A stretch of 55,444 bases of DNA, taken from NCBI GenBank assembly GCA_009937205.1, contig JAACCR010000042.1:1-55444 (forward strand), given 5' to 3'. Positions 20,149 to 29,297 of this stretch are shown here, piece by piece (within the stretch, counting starts at the first letter, position 1; the number at the start of each line of letters is the position of its first letter). The translations under genes were made by a program, and so were the position numbers. The stretch comes from Methanobacteriota archaeon (GTDB lineage Archaea > Thermoplasmatota > Poseidoniia > Poseidoniales > Poseidoniaceae). The notes under the pieces are model-generated. The model had not been told where the DNA came from, ran no database searches, and saw nothing but the letters and a program-made list of their open reading frames with translations.

Positions 20149-20301
20149 TTAGCTTACGATCTTAGAAATCTTACCAGTACAACCAGGTTGGGAGCAAAGA
20201 CCCCCCATTCTAGTTCTTCCATTAGACATTTTGAATAATTGACCATCTTTAATCGGTCCATATGTTTTACACTTCAAACAAAATCCTTCAACTACTGCCA
20301 T
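20149..20301 (-). CDS. 50-aa basic zinc-ribbon protein (DUF5679-like), absent from the ORF track
   Basis: Hand translation MAVVEGFCLKCKTYGPIKDGQLFKMSNGRTRMGGLCSQPGCTGKISKIVS*. Confidence 0.78.
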   Translation of the reverse strand: MAVVEGFCLKCKTYGPIKDGQLFKMSNGRTRMGGLCSQPGCTGKISKIVS

Positions 20302-20522
20302 CTCACTCAGTATGTTCCAAACATATCATTGACTTGAACCCTACTATTCGACATCCTTTTTGAGAATATCAGAATTTCCCTAATAACGCACCCTCTGAGG
20401 GGGGGATTAGAGGGGCATATTTACGATTCTTTGAATATTCTCTTCTCCTGGTATTTGCTAAAAGCACTACTGCGTACTATTTTTTACTCCTATAGTAGTT
20501 TTTCTACGCCACCAGATAAATC

Positions 20523-20554
20523 TAATGTCGTATAACTTACCTTATACGACATTA
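20523..20554. other. Candidate dif / tyrosine-recombinase site
   Basis: TAATGTCGTATAA-CTTACC-TTATACGACATTA: perfect 13-bp arms, 6-bp spacer, ATAA-N6-TTAT core, intergenic. Confidence 0.7.
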
Positions 20555-20575
20555 TACTACACGTTTTGAGAGTGA

Positions 20576-20911
20576 TTATTCTGATTGTTCAAGATTAAGT
20601 TGCAAATCTTCAGTTTCGATTGTAAATACACCCACTAGTGGAGGGCCGAGTAAGCAAGATTCTAATCCACCATCACGCGAATCAAGAGTTTCAATAATTG
20701 AATTTGAAATATTGATCCAGTCTTGCCTAGAGGCGAAAACACTCTGGACAAGAAGCAAAGGTTCACCATCACTAGATTTAGCATACCATGCTGCAAGACA
20801 ACCAGATTTTTGTCTTTTAAATTCTTGACGCGTATTGAGCATTCGTAGAAGTCTTGCGTCTTTGCCCTGAGCTGGTGAACAAACTACAGTTTCCATTATC
20901 GCTTCAACCAT
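20576..20911 (-). CDS. Small protein, probably ABM-like dimeric alpha/beta barrel
   Basis: PAQGK..GCL..W..LLVQSVF.S..DW pattern, about 110 aa; weak recognition. Confidence 0.55.
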   Translation of the reverse strand: MVEAIMETVVCSPAQGKDARLLRMLNTRQEFKRQKSGCLAAWYAKSSDGEPLLLVQSVFASRQDWINISNSIIETLDSRDGGLESCLLGPPLVGVFTIETEDLQLNLEQSE

Positions 20912-20994
20912 GATTTACACCTTATTATTTATTGTAGCAGTATAATATTATTTGTTTTTTAGAATCTATTTAATCACAATTCAGTGAGGTCGAA

Positions 20995-22275
20995 TTAATG
21001 GAAAATCAAATCACCTTCGATCATGGTGGCATGGAACGGTGAATCTCCAGGTTGTTGGCACCAAGCCTGCCACCATGGCCCATCTACGACATTCAAGTTT
21101 GCAACTGCACCTTCTTCAATAACTCCGTGTCGCGCACCCGATGGGTGCGGTGTTGTTTGGGCCGGATTTCGTGAGCAAGCCACTAGCGCTGCTAAAGGTG
21201 AAACTGCACAACGTTGTACGAGTATGGATGCGATAAAGGGCAAACTCAATGTTCGACAATTAGGATTAAAATCTGTTGCAACAGACCAAGTAAATTGTTG
21301 TTCAGTGATTTCGTTAAAATCAGGCCATTGCTCACCCATGGAGTATGGTGTTCCTGGCAAAAATCCACAATTGACACCATTCGCTTCCATTTTTATTCTA
21401 GCATCGGTGGAAGTGTAATGGGAATGATCTGCACTAGTTACTGCTAATTCAGCAGCTAAGTCTCCACCGCCGCCATCGGTAAACTCGTCAATATGCATTC
21501 TCAAATCGAGACCTCCTTGTTTAGATTGTTTTAGAATGTCTTCACTCTCTTCAATTGTGAACCATCCTGGCTCACAAAATACATCAGCAGAACGGGCAAG
21601 TCCTTGTTCTAATACAGCAGGCAATTGTTCACTCAATATTTCTTCTACGTAATCACTCCTCGAGTAACCCTTCGGAGTAGCATGTGCACCTAACCAAGTT
21701 TGATCAATACTAGGGAGGTGATTCATTCTAGAGAGTTCATTCGCTGCGGCGATTAACTTTAATTCCGATTCAGTTGATAATCCATATCCACTTTTCACTT
21801 CCAGGTGAGTTGACCCATTTCTAAAAGCCCCCCTCAAGCGCTTATAACCCAATTCTACCAATTCCGCTTGTGTTGAATTACGTGTTGCTTCAACAGTGGA
21901 AACTATACCTCCGCCCATTGAAGCGATATCGGAATAAGAATGTCCCTGCTGGCGCCACGATACTTCTCTAGAGCGGTCTCCTGACCACAATAAATGGGTA
22001 TGTGCATCTACTAGGCCTGGAATTATTGCCTTCCCATTCAATGAATAAATTTTATTTTCCAAGTTATCTGATTTAGAGTGGTGGATATTTTCACTACCAT
22101 ACTCATCTTCTAGAGATTTTGAATCATCAATTTTTACAATTATGCCGTCTTCTATAACAATTCCCTTTCCAGCAGGACTTGTCAATAACTCAGAATCAGA
22201 AATATCTGCACCCTTCAAAGAACCATTTCCAGAGAGGTGGGCCATCGGCCCAAGGTCCAACAATATGGTTCGCAT
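20995..22275 (-). CDS. hutI: Imidazolonepropionase
   Basis: PGLVDAHTH, GGGIVSTV, EVKSGYGL, DVFCE, HIDEF, ATDFNP. Confidence 0.95.
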   Translation of the reverse strand: MRTILLDLGPMAHLSGNGSLKGADISDSELLTSPAGKGIVIEDGIIVKIDDSKSLEDEYGSENIHHSKSDNLENKIYSLNGKAIIPGLVDAHTHLLWSGDRSREVSWRQQGHSYSDIASMGGGIVSTVEATRNSTQAELVELGYKRLRGAFRNGSTHLEVKSGYGLSTESELKLIAAANELSRMNHLPSIDQTWLGAHATPKGYSRSDYVEEILSEQLPAVLEQGLARSADVFCEPGWFTIEESEDILKQSKQGGLDLRMHIDEFTDGGGGDLAAELAVTSADHSHYTSTDARIKMEANGVNCGFLPGTPYSMGEQWPDFNEITEQQFTWSVATDFNPNCRTLSLPFIASILVQRCAVSPLAALVACSRNPAQTTPHPSGARHGVIEEGAVANLNVVDGPWWQAWCQQPGDSPFHATMIEGDLIFH

Positions 22276-22333
22276 TGGTGGGGCTTATGCGTGAGGGTTG
22301 AAGAACCATAGCCATGAGCACTGTCTGAGCGCG

Positions 22334-23344
22334 ATGGATAAATGGACCCTTGGGATTGAGTCAACGGCTCACACACTATCATTTGGATTGACTGATCCTA
22401 GTGGCACTCCCTTTCCATCTTGCTCCGATACAGTTAGCCCAGACGAGGGGGGGATTCACCCACGTGAAGCAGCAGATCATCACAAGGAAGTTGCTTCGGT
22501 CCTACTTGGAAAATTACTTTTACAGAATGAACTAAGTATCACTGATATAGGTGCAGTAGCATATTCACAGGGCCCTGGTTTAGGACCCTGCTTAAGAGTA
22601 GGGGCTGCTATTGCGAGAGGCATTTCTAGCAGACTTGGAATCCCATTAATTGGAGTTAACCATTGTGTTGCGCATATTGAAATCGGTAGAGATCAATGCG
22701 GTTGTGTTGACCCAGTATTGCTATATGTTTCAGGGGGGAATACCCAAGTTATTGCAAGACTGGAGGGGCGATATCGCGTATTAGGTGAAACACTCGATAT
22801 TGGTATTGGCAATATGCTTGACAAATTCGCACGCACCCAAGGAATACCATTTCCGGGCGGACCAGTGATTGAGAAATTGGCCGCCCAATGGCTTGCTGAA
22901 AATCCAAACCCATCTATGGATGGTTTAGAATTGCCATATGCAGTTAGGGGAATGGATTTGGCCTTCTCCGGAGTCATGACAGCTGCTCAGAGATTACTTG
23001 ATTCGGGCAAATCTCTCGGTGCAGTATGTTGGTCGCTACAGGAGCATTCATTCTCTGCATGTGTAGAAGTAGCGGAACGCGCAATGGCTCATACTGGGAA
23101 ATCAGAACTGTTACTTGGGGGCGGGGTTGCATGTAACATGCGGCTACGTAAAATGTGTGAATTAATGGCCGAAGAGCGTGAATCTATTTCATTTGCACCT
23201 CCACGAATGTACTGTATTGACAACGGAACAATGATTGCAAAATTAGGATTTTTAGAATTACAAAATGGTAGAATTACGACATACGCTGAAAGTGCCATAG
23301 ACCAGTATTTACGAACTGACCAAACTCCAATTAGTTGGGGCTGA
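22334..23344 (+). CDS. kae1: tRNA N6-threonylcarbamoyltransferase Kae1 (not fused to Bud32)
   Basis: LGIESTAH, GGIHPREAADHH, VNHCVAHIEIG, YVSGGNTQ, DNGTMIA. Confidence 0.95.
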   Translation: MDKWTLGIESTAHTLSFGLTDPSGTPFPSCSDTVSPDEGGIHPREAADHHKEVASVLLGKLLLQNELSITDIGAVAYSQGPGLGPCLRVGAAIARGISSRLGIPLIGVNHCVAHIEIGRDQCGCVDPVLLYVSGGNTQVIARLEGRYRVLGETLDIGIGNMLDKFARTQGIPFPGGPVIEKLAAQWLAENPNPSMDGLELPYAVRGMDLAFSGVMTAAQRLLDSGKSLGAVCWSLQEHSFSACVEVAERAMAHTGKSELLLGGGVACNMRLRKMCELMAEERESISFAPPRMYCIDNGTMIAKLGFLELQNGRITTYAESAIDQYLRTDQTPISWG

Positions 23345-23394
23345 GGGCACGGTTGTAACGCTAACCGTTTTATGGGGTCGGCTACGCCACATAC

Positions 23395-24258
23395 TTGGGG
23401 GAGACAACTATCGAGCGTAGAAAGAAGAAGGGCGACCCCGATAACCCATTTGCCCCGGATGCTGGTGCAGTGAGAAATCAGAAGCACAACCAACGCGTTC
23501 AAATCACTCGTACAACCGCTGCTAAAGCACCAAATAACACACCTCAAACAGGCAAAGACATTGGTCTGAGCGATCTAGAAAAGAAGCGTAAAGAAGCGCT
23601 TAGTCGGATGTCTGAAACTAAACCATCTCCTGTTACTAACGTGGAAGATACTGTGGCAACTCCTGCCGCTGGAATTTCAAACAGTAATCAAAAACAGCAA
23701 CCCTCTGAAAAGGTATCTTCAAGAGCAGATCGCCTTGCTGAGTTGCGTAAAAAATCTGCTGCTTCAAAATTAAATGCAGAGCAGCATAAGGTCGAAGAAG
23801 TTTCTGCGACCGAGGTAGTTGCTGAAGTAAAATTAGTTGAAGCTAAGGTTGAAATTGAAAGTTTTTCTGCAGTCACTGACACGGTTTCTAAACCCGCAGT
23901 ATCACAATTGAATGTTTTTAAAATCGTTGAGGAGACTCAAGTTAAAGCGACAAATGACCGTCGTAAAAAACGACGCCCACATGCTAAGAAAGGTGGTGGA
24001 CGACCAAAGCAAGAGAAGAGACTCAACCGGCAAAAATATTTGGAGTACAAATATGCTGCAAGAGATATTCTTGATGACCCTTCTGTGCCAGAAGAACATC
24101 GGTCTAACGTATTAGGTCAAGTTTGGGCAAAGGGAGAACGAATGTCTGTCGACGATTCTTATGAATTTATAGATAGCAAAATACTGGAAAATATCCTAAC
24201 TGAAGAAATCGGTAATAAATTGAGAACATTGGTTAGGAAATTTACAACTAGAAGGTGA
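23395..24258 (+). CDS. Hypothetical protein, disordered K/R-rich with C-terminal helical domain
   Basis: 287-codon ORF filling the gap; TTG start; ends 4 nt before slyD. Confidence 0.7.
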   Translation: MGETTIERRKKKGDPDNPFAPDAGAVRNQKHNQRVQITRTTAAKAPNNTPQTGKDIGLSDLEKKRKEALSRMSETKPSPVTNVEDTVATPAAGISNSNQKQQPSEKVSSRADRLAELRKKSAASKLNAEQHKVEEVSATEVVAEVKLVEAKVEIESFSAVTDTVSKPAVSQLNVFKIVEETQVKATNDRRKKRRPHAKKGGGRPKQEKRLNRQKYLEYKYAARDILDDPSVPEEHRSNVLGQVWAKGERMSVDDSYEFIDSKILENILTEEIGNKLRTLVRKFTTRR

Positions 24259-24262
24259 TGAA

Positions 24263-24766
24263 ATGAGTGATTTAGCAGTAGGAAAAAATATGGTTGCAAG
24301 TGTACATTACACTGGTACAATGCCGGAAACAGGAGAAGTCTTTGATAGTAGTGAGGGCAAAGATCCTCTTACATTCCTTATAGGACATGGGCAAATGATT
24401 CCTGGTTTTGAAACAAATATCGAAGGTGCAAAAATAGGTGAGAAGAGAACCTTTACGCTAACTGCGGATGAAGCATACGGAGAGCGCGAAGACGCTGCAC
24501 TAATGAAGATTCCAAGAAGTGAATTCGCACAGTTGGAAGAAGGGGCTAAATTGGAAGTTGGAATGACACTTGTAGCAACTATGCAGCATGGTCCTGCACC
24601 ATTTAATATTACAGAATTAACGGATGACGAAGTAACTGCTGATTTCAACCACAAGTTAGCAGGAGAAGCTTTGACATTTGAAGTAGAAATCATAGAACTA
24701 CGTGATGCTAGTGTGGAAGAACTTTCACATGGCCATGTTCATGGACCTGGCGGACATCACCACTGA
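24263..24766 (+). CDS. slyD: SlyD-like FKBP peptidyl-prolyl isomerase
   Basis: VHYTG..FDSS..GQMIPGFE..AYG..DFNHKLAG, His-rich tail HGHVHGPGGHHH. Confidence 0.92.
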   Translation: MSDLAVGKNMVASVHYTGTMPETGEVFDSSEGKDPLTFLIGHGQMIPGFETNIEGAKIGEKRTFTLTADEAYGEREDAALMKIPRSEFAQLEEGAKLEVGMTLVATMQHGPAPFNITELTDDEVTADFNHKLAGEALTFEVEIIELRDASVEELSHGHVHGPGGHHH

Positions 24767-24826
24767 ACTGATTATTCAAACATTCTAAGTGGGAGTGTTG
24801 AAGAATCGTCTACACTTGGACACTAT

Positions 24827-26428
24827 ATGGTCGCGCCTCGCAAGGATGAGTGGAAAACCCTTGGCGGACTTGATATTCCCTTACAAAGCGATGAAAATAC
24901 ACTTTCTGAAGTTGGCTATGCGCGTTCCAATGTAGGTGATGCTGGAAGTAAGCCGTATACTCGCGGCATTCATGCCACAATGTATCGTTCCAGACTTTGG
25001 ACAATGCGCCAATATGCTGGTTTTTCTAGTGCTAAGGCTACAAATGAACGATTTAAACTATTATTAGAGCGAGGACAAAAAGGATTGTCAGTTGCTTTTG
25101 ATTTACCTACACAATTGGGACTTGATGCTGATGATGAATTGTCTTTGGGTGAGGTAGGGAAAGTTGGAGTCTCCATTTCATCTATTGACGACATGAGGCT
25201 ATTGCTAGATGGAATCCCACTAGATCAGGTAAGTACTTCGATGACAATTAATTCACCAGCGATCATTCTATTGGCGATGTATGTGGCAGTAGCAGAAGAG
25301 CAAGGTGTTTCAGCAGACAAAGTAATCGGTACAATTCAAAATGACATACTGAAAGAATATATTGCGCGAGGGACATATGTATTCCCACCAAAACAATCAA
25401 TGCGCTTAATCACTGATGTGTTTGAATATTGTGCAGAGAATATCCCGCTATGGAATACGATTTCCATTTCGGGCTACCATATTCGCGAAGCTGGTTCCAC
25501 TGCTGTTCAAGAGATAGCATTCACCCTAGCAAATGCATTAGCATATGTCGAGGCTGCGATTGATGTTGGTTTGGATATTGATACCTTTGCTCCAAGACTT
25601 TCTTTCTTTTTCAATTGCCATAATGACTTCTTTGAAGAAGCGAGTAAATTTAGAGCAGCAAGAAGATTGTGGCATGACCTAATTAGTCAGCGCTATCATC
25701 CTAAAAATCCTAAGTCAACTATGCTCAGATTCCACACACAAGTTGCTGGAGTTAGCCTAACAGCACAACAACCTCTGAACAATATTGCACGAGTTACAAT
25801 ACAAGCGTTAGCCGCAGTGTGTGGTGGAACTCAAAGCCTTCACACCAATTCGTATGATGAAGCATTGGGATTACCTACTGAAGAAAGTGCAACTGTAGCA
25901 CTTAGAACTCAACAAATAATTGCTGAAGAAAGTGGAGTTGCTGATATAGCAGATCCATTGGGTGGTTCATATCACGTTGAGGCTTTAACGGAACGCATTT
26001 ATCAAGAAGCGTTACTGCAAATCCAAGAGATTGAAAGATTAGGTGGTGCAATGGCTGCTATTGAACAAGGCTGGCAGCAGAGAGAAATTCATAATGCTGC
26101 GTTTAAGCACCTTTCTGATGTAGAATCTGGTGATAGAAAAATAGTCGGAGTTAATCATGGTATTATGGCTGAAGAAGATGATACTGAAGTCCTAAAATTA
26201 GATCCAACTGTTGGCGAAATGCAATGTAAGAGGTTGGGCGATTTGCGAGCCGATAGAGATGCGCAATTAGCCAAATCGTGCTTGGATGCAATAGGGCTTG
26301 CATCTGCTGGCTCAGACAATTTATTCCCTTTGATTTTGTCTGCTGTAAAGTCTGATTGTACTGTAGGTGAAATAATGAATGCGATGCGTTCTGAGTTCGG
26401 AGAATGGATGGCTCCGAGTGGATTTTGA
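24827..26428 (+). CDS. mcmA: Methylmalonyl-CoA mutase, substrate-binding subunit (no B12 domain)
   Basis: PYTRG..WTMRQYAGF (Tyr, MCM type), GLSVAFDLPTQ, QNDILKEY, GGTQSLHTNSYDE. Confidence 0.92.
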   Translation: MVAPRKDEWKTLGGLDIPLQSDENTLSEVGYARSNVGDAGSKPYTRGIHATMYRSRLWTMRQYAGFSSAKATNERFKLLLERGQKGLSVAFDLPTQLGLDADDELSLGEVGKVGVSISSIDDMRLLLDGIPLDQVSTSMTINSPAIILLAMYVAVAEEQGVSADKVIGTIQNDILKEYIARGTYVFPPKQSMRLITDVFEYCAENIPLWNTISISGYHIREAGSTAVQEIAFTLANALAYVEAAIDVGLDIDTFAPRLSFFFNCHNDFFEEASKFRAARRLWHDLISQRYHPKNPKSTMLRFHTQVAGVSLTAQQPLNNIARVTIQALAAVCGGTQSLHTNSYDEALGLPTEESATVALRTQQIIAEESGVADIADPLGGSYHVEALTERIYQEALLQIQEIERLGGAMAAIEQGWQQREIHNAAFKHLSDVESGDRKIVGVNHGIMAEEDDTEVLKLDPTVGEMQCKRLGDLRADRDAQLAKSCLDAIGLASAGSDNLFPLILSAVKSDCTVGEIMNAMRSEFGEWMAPSGF

Positions 26429-26437
26429 GGTGATTGA

Positions 26438-26878
26438 ATGAGTTTCGGATCAATACATATAGACCACATAGGGATAGCAACTAGTGATTTAGAATCTGCG
26501 AGTCACTTCTGGAAACTACTCGGATTGATTCAAAGTTCAGATGATGAAACTGTAGAAGAGCAGGGTGTTACAACCAGGTTCTTCTCAACATCCCAACCAG
26601 ATGAGAGTGTTGAGCAACATCCACCGATGGTAGAATTGCTACAGCCAACTTCATCGGATACTCCGATTGGAAAGTTTTTAGCAAAACGCGGACCTGGCAT
26701 ACAACAATTGTGTTTCCGTGTTGAAAAATTACAAGAGTTAATTGACTATTTACTGGATAACGGAATTCAGATGATTGATGCCGAACCAAAACTCGGTGCA
26801 GGGGGCTCACAAATAGCATTTGTACACCCAAAGTCAACAGGTGGAGTTTTGGTGGAACTCAAACAAAGTAACCACTGA
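26438..26878 (+). CDS. mce: Methylmalonyl-CoA epimerase
   Basis: IDHIGIA, EQGV, ELLQP, FVHPKSTGGVLVEL; GAGGTGA RBS. Confidence 0.92.
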   Translation: MSFGSIHIDHIGIATSDLESASHFWKLLGLIQSSDDETVEEQGVTTRFFSTSQPDESVEQHPPMVELLQPTSSDTPIGKFLAKRGPGIQQLCFRVEKLQELIDYLLDNGIQMIDAEPKLGAGGSQIAFVHPKSTGGVLVELKQSNH

Positions 26879-26938
26879 GTCTTGCCTTTGCTGTAATTAT
26901 AATGGATAATATCTTAACCCTTCAGCATGGGCTAGGTT

Positions 26939-27247
26939 GTGATGAGAACTTGCGTTGACCACCTTATAGCCTTACCACATATCGACGGTCCACGTGTTAG
27001 AAGAGAAGCAGAGTTCGTTTCCACTCAATTAGATAATCTTAGAGTAAATGGTAAGATTACCAATGATGCATTTCTTGATGCTGGGGCAATACAAGGTGCT
27101 TTCAACATGATTGGAAACTTAGTTGAGATGGGTATTTCGCAAAAAGAGATCCACCTACAACTAAGGCAACAATTGTCTCGAGCCTGCCGTTTGGAAGAGA
27201 AACACCCTGGATTAAATGCCGCTGTTGAATCTGGAAGAGCTAGTTGA
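26939..27247 (+). CDS. Hypothetical protein
   Basis: 102-codon ORF ending 9 nt before the ABC ATPase. Confidence 0.65.
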   Translation: MMRTCVDHLIALPHIDGPRVRREAEFVSTQLDNLRVNGKITNDAFLDAGAIQGAFNMIGNLVEMGISQKEIHLQLRQQLSRACRLEEKHPGLNAAVESGRAS

Positions 27248-27256
27248 GGGAGTTTA

Positions 27257-28084
27257 ATGTCTGAAACTTTACTCTCGATAAAGGGGGTTGCCAAGCATTT
27301 TGACGAGATAGAAGCTCTTAGTCACATAGATTTAGACATCCGTAGTGGCGAAGTAGTCGGACTTGTTGGAAGCAATGGTGCAGGAAAAACAACATTACTG
27401 AGATTAATGGCAGGAGTATATACACCGACAAATGGTAGTGTAACATTGAAAGATGGTTCTGATGTTTCTGAAATGAGACATCTGCTAGGTGTTGTTCCAG
27501 AATCTACTGGTTTGTATTCGCGTTTGACCGCATGGGAAAATATTCGCTATCATTCTAGATTATACGGGATCGATGATGAAACCTCTTGGAAGCGTACACA
27601 GTTATTCGCTAGCAGATTGGGAATGAGTGAAAGTCTAAGCCGCCATACTAAGGGTTTCAGTAGAGGGATGAAGCAAAAAACTGCACTTCTTAGAGCACTT
27701 GCTCATGGCCCAAGCATATTACTTCTCGATGAACCTACTGCTGGATTAGATATTACCAGCGCTAGGACTGTTAGAGCACTTGTAAAACAATTACGCGATG
27801 AGGGTGGCACTGTAGTATATTCAACTCACCAATTGGAAGAGGCGAGGCAAGTATGTGACCGCATAATCATAATTCACAATGGAGAGGTCAGAGCGGATGG
27901 TTCTCCACAACAGTTGATGGAGCAAACCGAACGAGATTCTTTGGAAGAGGCATATGTTTCACTGACCGCTGATCAAGCTAGGTCAAGAAACGAAGATGGA
28001 GATTCTGAAGGACGTATTACGGCTTGGTGGAGAAAGTTATTTACTCCCAAAACACCTGATTTGGAGGTGGATATTGATGGTTGA
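27257..28084 (+). CDS. ABC transporter ATP-binding protein (NatA-like)
   Basis: GSNGAGKTT, FSRGMKQK, LLLDEPT, STH. Confidence 0.93.
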   Translation: MSETLLSIKGVAKHFDEIEALSHIDLDIRSGEVVGLVGSNGAGKTTLLRLMAGVYTPTNGSVTLKDGSDVSEMRHLLGVVPESTGLYSRLTAWENIRYHSRLYGIDDETSWKRTQLFASRLGMSESLSRHTKGFSRGMKQKTALLRALAHGPSILLLDEPTAGLDITSARTVRALVKQLRDEGGTVVYSTHQLEEARQVCDRIIIIHNGEVRADGSPQQLMEQTERDSLEEAYVSLTADQARSRNEDGDSEGRITAWWRKLFTPKTPDLEVDIDG

Positions 28085-29297
28085 TGGTAGCGCTATGCGA
28101 ATAAAACAAATCGCAAAAAAGGAGGTTGTAGAGTTTTCTAGAGATTGGAGGACGATTATTGCAATTATTGTTATTCCATTACTGATGTTCCCTTTACTAT
28201 TCATTCTATTTCCTGTATTATTGCAATCTGAAGCTGCAGAACTAAAGTCATTGGAATTGGATTTAACGATTCAAACCGATGATATGCCAGATAATTTAAG
28301 CATGATAATTAATCAATCATCGATAGTAATCAGCTATGAAGAGTTACCTGTTTTAGATGATTTAAGTCAACCTGGTAATGATATAGAGCGTTTGAGAAAT
28401 GGCTCAATAGATGCCATATTGAGGATTACTCAAAGAGAGGATATCTGGTATTATTCCATCCTTCATATGTCAACATCTGAACATTCAAGAGAGGCAAAGT
28501 CAAGATTATTATATGATTTGAATGAATGGGAAGACAATGAAACTGCTTCAAGAATTGAATCTGGCGGCCTAGACGTCAATTCAACACTGGACCCTCTTCG
28601 GTGGGATGGTGAATTCACTCAAGCAGATGCTGCAACTGCCGGAGAGCAGGCTGGAATGGCGTTATCAATGTTCATCCCACTAGTATTGGCCGTCTGGACC
28701 TTCTCCTCGGCAATTCAGCCATCAATTGATATGACTGCGGGTGAGAGGGAAAGAGGTACACTAGAAGCACTTCTAAGCCTGCCCTGTACACGCCTTGAAT
28801 TATTATTCGGTAAGTGGTTGGCGGTAGCCACTATTACGGGAGTTGGAGTATTACTACAGATATGTGGATTATTATTTGCGATAGGCTATCTAGCGAGTTC
28901 CAGTATAATTGGTGTCCCTGAACTATCGCTGGTAACAATTCTACTGATAATTGGCGCAATTATGTTATTTGCAATCATGGTTGTTGCGATTGAATTAGCC
29001 CTTGCTATGAGATCACATAGTGTAAAGGAAGCTGGAAGCATCCTTGGACCGGCAATTATGCTGATTATTTTCCCTGCACTATTCACTCAAGTTATCAATT
29101 TAGATGGAATTGAATCTTTTTGGTTCGCCATACCAGTGGTAAATGTTCTACTCGCGCTTAGAGAATTATTGATGAATAGAATCATTACAACTCACATCAT
29201 TATTTGGGTTGGAACTTCAATATTTTATGCATTAATGGCTGCAAAATATGCAGCTAGTCAGTTCAAGAGGGAAGATATTGTTACTTCACTTAGTTGA
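28077..29297 (+). CDS. ABC-2 permease (NatB-like)
   Basis: KKE..RDWRT, DMTAGERERGTLEALL, GKWLAV, IPVVN; GGAGGTGG RBS. Confidence 0.9.
   Translation: MVDGSAMRIKQIAKKEVVEFSRDWRTIIAIIVIPLLMFPLLFILFPVLLQSEAAELKSLELDLTIQTDDMPDNLSMIINQSSIVISYEELPVLDDLSQPGNDIERLRNGSIDAILRITQREDIWYYSILHMSTSEHSREAKSRLLYDLNEWEDNETASRIESGGLDVNSTLDPLRWDGEFTQADAATAGEQAGMALSMFIPLVLAVWTFSSAIQPSIDMTAGERERGTLEALLSLPCTRLELLFGKWLAVATITGVGVLLQICGLLFAIGYLASSSIIGVPELSLVTILLIIGAIMLFAIMVVAIELALAMRSHSVKEAGSILGPAIMLIIFPALFTQVINLDGIESFWFAIPVVNVLLALRELLMNRIITTHIIIWVGTSIFYALMAAKYAASQFKREDIVTSLS

Noticed and set aside
20523..20554. Engineered loxP or vector contamination
   Set aside because: Only the inner 7 bp of each arm match loxP; outer arms and spacer differ and no vector sequence flanks the site
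24827..26428. Mutase lacking a cobalamin-binding domain as a truncation
   Set aside because: A split large/small subunit arrangement is normal in archaea; the ORF ends cleanly and is coupled to mce
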